Below are positions 30,754 through 38,700 of a stretch of DNA of 64,000 nucleotides, piece after piece. Position numbers and translations under genes: made by a program. Each line of letters starts with the position of its first letter. Position 1 is the first letter of the stretch. This DNA is from an uncultured Ruminococcus sp. (GTDB lineage Bacteria; Bacillota; Clostridia; Oscillospirales; Ruminococcaceae): NCBI GenBank assembly GCA_937920725.1, contig CALEUW010000018.1, positions 123,447 through 187,446 of the forward strand, read 5' to 3'. The notes under the pieces were generated by a model. The model worked only from the letters and a program-made list of their open reading frames with translations, ran no database searches and was not told where the DNA came from.

Positions 30754-31344
30754 TTAGTATGTTAATTTTGCCGTAGCAGGGCGTGTTCCATCACGAACCA
30801 GAGTTTGAGTTGAAGTTGTTTGAACCTTTGAAGGCTCAAGTGCGTTTGCCCGTAAGGTTATGACTGAGCCGTATACAGCTTTTTTTCCTTCTTCGGGTGA
30901 AACTGAAATTACTGAATCGTCACAAGAGCCTTTTTCGCCCTCGTAAACTATTTTAACCTCGAAGCCTACAGATTCCAAAACAGTTTTGGCAACCTGATAA
31001 GTGAATTTTGAAACATAAGGAATCTCTGTGTATCTCGCTCCTTTAGAAACATAAACATCCACTATTGCTCCGGGGGATACCTCCTCTCCGGCCTTAATGC
31101 TTTGGTCAAAGATAACACCTTTTTTGTAATCTGACGAGTAATTCTCAATAGGGTTAAGCTTATACTCTAAAGCGCCTTTTTTAGCTTCCTCTAATGTTTT
31201 CCCTGTAAGATCGGGCATAATATTCTCGGTATATTCAGTTTTTGAAACTGAAAACTCGGGTGTTTTATAAAAAATCTCATCGCATCCGCAGAGCGCAAAT
31301 ATTAAAATTGCGGCGGATAATGCCGCTAAAAATTTTTTTATCAT
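30754..31344 (-). CDS. PASTA-domain lipoprotein
   Basis: Lipobox ...FALCGCDE, then two PASTA-like repeats (MPDLTGKTLEEAKKGALEY...; VSKFTYQVAKTVLESVGFEVKIV...). The start overlaps the udp stop. Confidence 0.55.
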   Translation of the reverse strand: MIKKFLAALSAAILIFALCGCDEIFYKTPEFSVSKTEYTENIMPDLTGKTLEEAKKGALEYKLNPIENYSSDYKKGVIFDQSIKAGEEVSPGAIVDVYVSKGARYTEIPYVSKFTYQVAKTVLESVGFEVKIVYEGEKGSCDDSVISVSPEEGKKAVYGSVITLRANALEPSKVQTTSTQTLVRDGTRPATAKLTY

Positions 31345-32129
31345 TTTCTGTCCTCTTTGATAAGAATTCTTATTGCTTCAACAGCGCACTTGATGGCTCT
31401 TGTTGAATCGTGTGTTATGTTATCCGGAAGTCCTTTATTTGATCTTTCAACGTTCCAAAGCGCCGTCAGAACAGCAGAGCATCTAACCCTTTTTATAATC
31501 CCTAAGGAAAATATTGCAGCACATTCCATTTCACTTGCAAGACATCCGGCTTTTAAATATGCATTCCATCTGCATTTTATATCTGTCGATACGGCAGATT
31601 TGTCAGGTTCGACCTCTCCGTAAAAGCTGTCCTTTGAATGAACAACTCCCAAATGATAGCCGTTTCCGAAATCATCGGACGACAGCTTCAATGCTGCCTG
31701 CTTCAGAGCCGATACAACATCAAAGTCTGCAACAGCAGGGTAATCGGGAGTAAGATATTCGTGACTTGTTCCTTCACCCCTTACGGCAGCGGTAGCAATA
31801 ATCAGATCACCTCCGACAACATTTATATCCATACCTCCGCTTGTACCAACACGAATAAATGTGTCCGCTCCGCATTTTATAAGTTCCTCAACAGCAATTG
31901 CCGACGAAGGTCCGCCGATTCCCGTTGAGCATACAGTGACTTTTTCTCCATCCAAGGTTCCCGTGTAAACGTTATATTCACGGTTATAAGAAACCTGCTG
32001 TGCATTGTCAAGATATACTGCAATTTTTTCTACTCTTCCCGGATCTCCGGGTAAAATTACATATCTGCCTATTTCGTCCTTTGTTGTGTTAATATGAAAC
32101 TGTCTTTCTTGATCCATAATTGATGCCAT
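31341..32129 (-). CDS. udp: uridine phosphorylase
   Basis: ...ILPGDPGRVEKIA...VCSTGIGGPSSAIAVEEL...FIRVGTSGG..., colinear with E. coli Udp. Confidence 0.8.
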   Translation of the reverse strand: MASIMDQERQFHINTTKDEIGRYVILPGDPGRVEKIAVYLDNAQQVSYNREYNVYTGTLDGEKVTVCSTGIGGPSSAIAVEELIKCGADTFIRVGTSGGMDINVVGGDLIIATAAVRGEGTSHEYLTPDYPAVADFDVVSALKQAALKLSSDDFGNGYHLGVVHSKDSFYGEVEPDKSAVSTDIKCRWNAYLKAGCLASEMECAAIFSLGIIKRVRCSAVLTALWNVERSNKGLPDNITHDSTRAIKCAVEAIRILIKEDRK

Positions 32130-32149
32130 AAAGTACCCCCCCTAAGCTG

Positions 32150-33175
32150 TTAAAGCCTTATGATCAGCTTTTCAATGTTTTCTTCCTTGGTGGCCCAGCT
32201 TGTGCAAAATCTATAGACGGATTCACTCTCACTTGTTTTCTGAGAAAGCTCAAAACCGAACTCGTCTTTAAGTTCATTAGCTTTTGAATTGCTTAAAATG
32301 ACAAACTGCTGATTTGTATAAGAATCGGCATAAAGCCTATATCCTTTTTCGATAAAGGCTTCCTTAAGTTTTACCGCAAGCCTTACAGCGTGTTTTGAAA
32401 TATTAAAATACAAACCGTCTGTAAAAAGCTCAGTAAACTGAATCCCTAAAAGTCTGCCTTTTGCGAGCATTCCTCCGCATTGTTTTATCATGTATCTGAA
32501 ATCCGGCTTTAGGTGATCATTTGTAATAACTAGAGCTTCACCGAAAAGCGCTCCGACCTTTGTTCCCCCTACATAAAATACATCACAGAGGTCTTCCAAA
32601 TCGCTTGGAGATATATCGCACTTTTCACTTGCAAGTCCGTAACCAAGCCTCGCCCCGTCGATGAAAAGATATATTCCGCATTTTTTACAAGTTTCGTATA
32701 TATTATTAAGCTCACTTTTTGAATAGATTGTTCCTATTTCTGTAGGAAACGAGATATATGCCATTTTAGGCATAACGGTATGCTCTTTAGATTCGTCTGA
32801 AATGTGAGAATTATAAAGCTCTTGTATTTGATTTGCTGATAGCTTTCCGTCTAAGTTTGGAACTGATATTACTTTATGACCTCTTGATTCAATCGCACCT
32901 GTTTCGTGAACATTGATGTGTCCTGTATCGGGGGAGATGACGCCTTGATACGGTTTTAACACAGAAGATATGACCGTAGTGTTTGTTTGCGTTCCTCCGA
33001 CGAGAAAATGAATATCGCTGTGATTAAGAGAAAATGCGTCTTTGATTTTTTCTTTTGCTTTTTCACAGTATTCGTCCTGTCCGTAACCAATAGTCTGCTC
33101 CATATTTGTTTTTGAAAGTGCGGCTAATATTTTTTCATGGCAGCCTTCTGTATAATCGCTTGTAAATAAAATCAT
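32150..33175 (-). CDS. low-specificity L-threonine aldolase / beta-eliminating lyase family PLP enzyme
   Basis: MILFTSDYTEGCHEKILAAL...GGTQTNTTVIS...DGARLG... Confidence 0.7.
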   Translation of the reverse strand: MILFTSDYTEGCHEKILAALSKTNMEQTIGYGQDEYCEKAKEKIKDAFSLNHSDIHFLVGGTQTNTTVISSVLKPYQGVISPDTGHINVHETGAIESRGHKVISVPNLDGKLSANQIQELYNSHISDESKEHTVMPKMAYISFPTEIGTIYSKSELNNIYETCKKCGIYLFIDGARLGYGLASEKCDISPSDLEDLCDVFYVGGTKVGALFGEALVITNDHLKPDFRYMIKQCGGMLAKGRLLGIQFTELFTDGLYFNISKHAVRLAVKLKEAFIEKGYRLYADSYTNQQFVILSNSKANELKDEFGFELSQKTSESESVYRFCTSWATKEENIEKLIIRL

Positions 33176-34023
33176 TTTTCTGTTTCCTTATCCATTTTCA
33201 TTGATATATCAAAGCATTTTACCGAGTGAGTCAAAGCTCCGATTGAAATTATATCAACGCCTGTTTCGGCAATTCTTTTGATAGTTTCTTCAGTTACATT
33301 TCCGCTTGCCTCAAGCAAAGCTTTGCCGCCTGTTATCTTTACAGCTTCAGCCATTCTTTCGCATGACATATTATCAAGCATAATAAGCTCTGCTCCGACT
33401 TCAAGCGCTTCTTTAACTTCTTCAAGGTTAGTTGTTTCAACCTCAATTTTTACGGTATGGCCCAAATGCTCACGCAATGCGTTCACAGCGTTTGTTATGC
33501 TTCCGTATGCGTCAAGGTGAGTGTCCTTAAGCATCGCACAGTCGGAAAGGTTATATCTGTGATTTTTTCCTCCTCCGACAGTTACAGCGTATTTTTGCAG
33601 GGAGCGAAGTCCCGGAAGCGTTTTTCTTGTATCAGCAACGCTTGCTTTTGTTCCTTTTACAAGCTGGACGCATTTATTTGTTTGAGTAGCAATACCTGAA
33701 AGATGCTGAACGAGGTTTAGCGCTGTTCTCTCTCCCTTCAAAAGCGTCTTTACACTTCCGTGTATAACAGCGATAATATCTCCTTTTTTTACTTTTTGAC
33801 CGTCTTGAATCAAAATCTCATATTTAATAGAGTTGTCCAAAAGCTCAAAAACCCGCATCGCTATTTCAATTCCGCATAAAACGCCGTCGTCCTTTGAAAC
33901 ATACCTTGCACTTGAGGTAAGCTCATCGTCAATGAGATAATCTGTTGTAACATCAATATAGTTTATATCTTCCTTAATGGCTCTTTTGATGATATCGTCA
34001 ATTTCAAATTGCATAGGTTTCAT
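33172..34023 (-). CDS. nadC: nicotinate-nucleotide pyrophosphorylase (quinolinate phosphoribosyltransferase)
   Basis: ...TRKTLPGLR...MLKDTHLD...IMLDNM... Confidence 0.9.
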   Translation of the reverse strand: MKPMQFEIDDIIKRAIKEDINYIDVTTDYLIDDELTSSARYVSKDDGVLCGIEIAMRVFELLDNSIKYEILIQDGQKVKKGDIIAVIHGSVKTLLKGERTALNLVQHLSGIATQTNKCVQLVKGTKASVADTRKTLPGLRSLQKYAVTVGGGKNHRYNLSDCAMLKDTHLDAYGSITNAVNALREHLGHTVKIEVETTNLEEVKEALEVGAELIMLDNMSCERMAEAVKITGGKALLEASGNVTEETIKRIAETGVDIISIGALTHSVKCFDISMKMDKETEK

Positions 34024-34451
34024 GATTCCTATTTCCTTTCTGTTTTGTTTTCTTCTACATATTTTGTTTTTATAATAGTGGGGCGATGCCCATTATTGAA
34101 CAGTCGTCTTTTTTGGACTTTGTTTTTTTATTGCAGAGGGACAATCTGGGAGAAGGGGAAGGATAATAAAACCCACCAAAACCAGAGGGACTCCTCCTCT
34201 TCTCCATTGGTTTTCCCTCTGCACTCCTTTTACAACACCTTATCCCTCTGCCCTCTGTTTTTGAAGTTTGAGGCTAAGGAAAGTTTGAGCGAGCCAAATC
34301 CTACAAGAATTCTGGTTTGGCTCGAAACTTGTGCCGATGCAAAAGTTTTTTACTTACGGAAACTGTACAGTAATGTGTTTTATTATCACAAAGTAATTTC
34401 CAACATCCAAATTAATTACGCATTACGAATTAATTTGTCCATTTTTCATTG

Positions 34452-35600
34452 TCAATTGTCAGTTATAACATCATCGGACTTGCTTTTGTTTTCAAGTCTT
34501 TCGTTTACATGTTCTTTTATGATTTTATATATTGTAGCGGCGAGCGGAACAAAAAATACCATTCCGAAAACTCCGAAAAGACCTCCTCCGACAGTTACAG
34601 CTGCCAACACCCAGATTGAAGGAAGTCCTACTGAATTTCCGACAACTCTTGTGTATATGAGGTTTTCTTCAAGAATTTGTACAACAAGGTAAAAAGCAAT
34701 GAAAATAACTGCTTTCATCGGACTTTCAGTAAAAATTAAAAATGCACCTACAGCAGCTCCTAAGTATGCTCCGACAATAGGAATCCAAGCTGTTATTCCA
34801 ACTACAACACCTGTCAAAAGCGCATAAGGAAATCCCAAAAGCGCCATACTGAGTCCTATTATAAGTCCGAGTATAATAGCGTCTAAGCATTGTCCGATAA
34901 CAAAGCTTGAAAATGTTTTGTTTGCAATTGATAGGTAATGACCAAGCTTTTCGCCTTTATAAGGATTATAAGCTCTTAAAACTTTCTTAAATTGTTGTAT
35001 GAGTGTTTCCTTGTTGGCAAGCAAATAAATTGCAAATATAACAGCTACAACTGTTGTGACTATTGCAGAAACGGTACTTGAAGCAATTGAAAATGCGCTG
35101 TCCAAAAGTCCTGTAGCTCCGCTTGTTATGAACGATGTTATTTTAGGAACAAAATCATCCCAGTTGAACTTAGAAGCTCCTCCTATTCCCGATAAGAACG
35201 TATCTTTAAGGTTTTTGTCCGCCCACTTTGTAAGATCCTCCAAAAAAAGTGGGATCTTTTCGCCTAAAAGAGTAACCGCTCTTACAATTTCCGGAACTAT
35301 TAAAGAAACAACAGCCAATATTATCAATAGCAAAAGCAAAATAGATGCAATAAGGCAAACCGGACGACGTGACTTTCGCACAATATTCTTTTTTGAGGAC
35401 GGAAAATAAATTTTTTCTATTCTCGTTAAAAGAATATTAAGTGCAAAAGCGATTATCAGTCCCAATATAAGAGGAAACACTGCGTCGCAAATTAAAACAA
35501 GTAAATTACCCAGAGGCGTTGAATATTTTATTAAAAGTATTATAAGCACTGCCAAAGCGCCGAATCCTATAAGACGTTTGTTTCTTTTTGAAATCTTCAT
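34452..35600 (-). CDS. AI-2E family transporter (PerM/YdiK-like permease)
   Basis: Eight-TM profile and a conserved C-terminal ...GLPSIWVLAAVTVGGGLFGVFGMVFFVPLAA... region. Confidence 0.8.
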   Translation of the reverse strand: MKISKRNKRLIGFGALAVLIILLIKYSTPLGNLLVLICDAVFPLILGLIIAFALNILLTRIEKIYFPSSKKNIVRKSRRPVCLIASILLLLLIILAVVSLIVPEIVRAVTLLGEKIPLFLEDLTKWADKNLKDTFLSGIGGASKFNWDDFVPKITSFITSGATGLLDSAFSIASSTVSAIVTTVVAVIFAIYLLANKETLIQQFKKVLRAYNPYKGEKLGHYLSIANKTFSSFVIGQCLDAIILGLIIGLSMALLGFPYALLTGVVVGITAWIPIVGAYLGAAVGAFLIFTESPMKAVIFIAFYLVVQILEENLIYTRVVGNSVGLPSIWVLAAVTVGGGLFGVFGMVFFVPLAATIYKIIKEHVNERLENKSKSDDVITDN

Positions 35601-35610
35601 TTTGTTATAC

Positions 35611-37125
35611 CTAATAATTGTTTAACTCATGCTCGACCCAGTCCTGAGTTTTAAGCTCAAGACTTTCCGTAGCGGTTTTGTTTGCTTCTGAAAGAATGAT
35701 ATAAGCGACTGTCGCAAGCGATCTCGCTTCCGTATAGTCCTTGTCAATTACAAAATTTCCGTTTTCAAGCATATCTTTGATTTTTATAATTTCATCAAAA
35801 CCGGAAAACAGCTGTTCAATATTCGGCATTACAAAATAAGCCGACTGCATAATGCTTCTTATATGGGTTCTTATTCCTGCCGGTATATGCTCAGCATTTT
35901 CATTTGCTTTAAATTCGTATTCGCTGAAGCCTCTCTTCATTCCTTTTGCACGTTCGTTTATAACTGTTGCTGCATGTCTTGAGAAAACCAAAGCCTCCAA
36001 AAGGGAATTTGACGCAAGCCTGTTGTTTCCGTGAACTCCCGTGTGTGAGCATTCTCCGCAGGCAAACAGGTTGTCAACAGTGGTTTCTGCCTTTTCGTCA
36101 ACAGCGATTCCTCCCATGAGATAATGCTGACAGGGATATATAGGTATTAAATCCTTAGTCATATCATATCCGGCTTCAAGAAGCTTTCCGTAAATCATAG
36201 GAAATCGGTTTTTTATAAATTCAGGTTCTTTATGAGTTATATCGAGAAAGAATTTATCACTCTTTGTTCTTTGCTCCTCAAAAATTATTGAATGAGAAAC
36301 AACATCTCTCGGAGCAAGCTCAAGTCTGTTGTCATAATCCTGCATAAATCTTTCCTTGAAGCAGTTTTTTAGATATGCGCCTTCTCCACGTACGGCCTCG
36401 GAAATCAAAAAGCATTCTCTTGAACTTTTATCATTAAAAGCTGTGGGATGAAATTGAATATAGCTTAGTCTTGAGATTTTTGCACCCATATTATAAGCGA
36501 ACGCTATTCCATCTCCGGTAGCAATTGATGAGTTTGTCGTGTATTCGTAAACCCGTCCGATGCCGCCTGTTGCAAAAATACTGAAGTGAGAGTTATAAGT
36601 GGTATGGAAACCGCTTCGCAGTACATCAAAAGAAAATCCTGTATGAGTTTTCTTTACGCCGCAAACCAGCGCATTGTCTATTACATCGACATTTTCGAGC
36701 GTCAAGACGTAATTTCTGAGTTTTGTGGTGATTTCATCACCGGTTGCGTCCTTGTGGTGAAAAATGCGGTGCTTGCCGTGACCGCCTTCAAGAGTTCTGT
36801 GGTAATCACCATCGGGCGTTTTATCAAAATCCACACCGAGATTAATTATTTTTTCAATGTCGATATGAGCTTCGTTGACAAGAATAGTAGTCGTTTTAGG
36901 GTTGTTCTCAAATCCTCCGGCAACATAAGTGTCATGCCTGTGAAGCTCCGGGGAATCTTTTGGAGAATCATAAACTCCTGCTATTCCTCCTTGGGCAAGC
37001 GAAGAGTTGCAAAGAGCAAGATCTGCTTTTGAAAGCAGTAAAACACGCAGGTTTTTAGAGAGATTTATCGCTGAATAAAGACCTGCAACGCCGCTTCCGA
37101 TAACTATTACGTCATAATTATTCAT
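35611..37125 (-). CDS. nadB: L-aspartate oxidase
   Basis: MNNYDVIVIGSGVAGLYSAI...AQGGIAGV... Confidence 0.9.
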   Translation of the reverse strand: MNNYDVIVIGSGVAGLYSAINLSKNLRVLLLSKADLALCNSSLAQGGIAGVYDSPKDSPELHRHDTYVAGGFENNPKTTTILVNEAHIDIEKIINLGVDFDKTPDGDYHRTLEGGHGKHRIFHHKDATGDEITTKLRNYVLTLENVDVIDNALVCGVKKTHTGFSFDVLRSGFHTTYNSHFSIFATGGIGRVYEYTTNSSIATGDGIAFAYNMGAKISRLSYIQFHPTAFNDKSSRECFLISEAVRGEGAYLKNCFKERFMQDYDNRLELAPRDVVSHSIIFEEQRTKSDKFFLDITHKEPEFIKNRFPMIYGKLLEAGYDMTKDLIPIYPCQHYLMGGIAVDEKAETTVDNLFACGECSHTGVHGNNRLASNSLLEALVFSRHAATVINERAKGMKRGFSEYEFKANENAEHIPAGIRTHIRSIMQSAYFVMPNIEQLFSGFDEIIKIKDMLENGNFVIDKDYTEARSLATVAYIILSEANKTATESLELKTQDWVEHELNNY

Positions 37126-37309
37126 AAAAATGACACGGCCTTTCTGTGTTAGTGAAAATGATTTTTTTAGTTAGTATTAATAATACCATACTTTTTTAAA
37201 AAATGCCATACTTTTAAAGTTTTTTTATAAAGATTGTGAAAAGAAAACAATTTGAATAAGCGTTTAAAAATATCCAATTATTAAATTAAATACAAAGGGA
37301 GGTCTTTTT

Positions 37310-38449
37310 ATGGATAATTTCAGCTTTTTAGACGCTCATGAACGAATTCTTTCTCCGATGCAGGCTTATAAATTCGGATTGGCTGTCGGTTCATCTGTCC
37401 GCGAAGGAAGTAAGATAGCGGTAGGCTTTTGTAAAAACAGGGGAGCAGATATTTATGCATATTTGATTTCTTCTGCGATTTCCGCCTGCGGCAGTGACTG
37501 CTATTTGATTCCCAAAAGCGAGGTTTTCTTGTCAGCATACGGAGCAGAAGTTATTTCTGCACATTGTTATATACACATTTGTTCAGAAAGCCACATGAGT
37601 GTTTATGCCGGTGGAAAACTTGGAAGCGGACTGGATAAGGATTTTTTAAAAGAGATAACAAAGAGATATCATTCAAACGATTTTGCAACAGTTTTACCGC
37701 ATTTAAGCGGGAGAATCAAAGCCTTAAAAGATATAAAGAGCTTATATGAATCTGATCTCAGCGAGAGCTTCAGAAATATAAATGGCATAAGAGCAACTGT
37801 TAAAACATCATCGGTACTTGTGGCAAATCTGTTTGATGAGATCATACGGAAAAAAAACGATTTGAATGTCGAGGAAACAGTTTTTAACTTCTCGCTTGAC
37901 TGCAAAAAGGTGTCTGCTTACAGTGAGAAAACAGGATATGTTTTTTATGAAACGCTTTTGCTGCTTGCCGCAAAAATACAGCTTGAAAAAGGGGAAGAGG
38001 TTATTGTTCCTAAATTTTTTCCGTCTGCAGCAAACAGACTTTCGGGCAGACTTGTAAGAGCCGAAAGCAGAGAAAGTCTTAAAATAAGCGAAAGCAATAG
38101 ATTTCTTACCGATAGTTTTTATCTAATTATGATGATTTTAGAGTATATGGGTAAAAATAAAATTTCGTTTTATGAAGCTATGCTTGATGTTCCGCGAGTT
38201 TATTTTTCGCAGCGATTCATATACGCCGGAGATGATTCCGAGAAAAAAATAAACAAAATGGTATCGGAAAGATTTCTGAACGAAAGCGGTGAGCTTACAA
38301 ACAAATTCGGAAAAGTGAGAGCGAGCCTTGATAAAACAAAGAAGGGCATACTTCTTTTTGCTGATGCTTTGAGCTTTGAAGCAGCAGGCTCTATTTGTGA
38401 TGAAATAGAGAATTATGTCAAACGAATTAATCTTGACAAAGAGGAATAA
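37310..38449 (+). CDS. hypothetical protein with degenerate phosphohexomutase (PGM/PMM)-like N-terminal region
   Basis: ...AYKFGLAVGSSVREGSKIAVGFCKNRGADIYAYLISSAISACGSDCYLI... follows the PGM/PMM domain-I pattern. ...HICSESHMSVYAGG sits where TASHNP would be. No confident family assignment. Confidence 0.3.
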   Translation: MDNFSFLDAHERILSPMQAYKFGLAVGSSVREGSKIAVGFCKNRGADIYAYLISSAISACGSDCYLIPKSEVFLSAYGAEVISAHCYIHICSESHMSVYAGGKLGSGLDKDFLKEITKRYHSNDFATVLPHLSGRIKALKDIKSLYESDLSESFRNINGIRATVKTSSVLVANLFDEIIRKKNDLNVEETVFNFSLDCKKVSAYSEKTGYVFYETLLLLAAKIQLEKGEEVIVPKFFPSAANRLSGRLVRAESRESLKISESNRFLTDSFYLIMMILEYMGKNKISFYEAMLDVPRVYFSQRFIYAGDDSEKKINKMVSERFLNESGELTNKFGKVRASLDKTKKGILLFADALSFEAAGSICDEIENYVKRINLDKEE

Positions 38450-38700
38450 AGTGGTATAATAATATATAATCTTTATGGTCGGAAAATTTTTAAAAGCGGT
38501 GTGATTTTTCGTGCTTGACACCGCAGAAAATCGGATGCAGCATTTCATCTTTTAACATTTGCCCGAGCCGCTTAAATTTTGTTGTTGATATGGCTCAGGG
38601 CTTTTTTATTAACTTAAACATTATTGATACGCCTCAAAGCGCCGAACGGAAATAATGCGCTGGGGGAACATGACAAACCGGAAAGGAAAGTATTTTTTTT

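Noticed and set aside
34009-34692. 227-aa + strand ORF spanning the nadC/AI-2E intergenic region.
   Set aside because: Low-complexity translation (S/L/F-rich) with no RBS. It overlaps the 3' end of the AI-2E gene on the opposite strand, so it is likely a chance ORF over a structured non-coding region.
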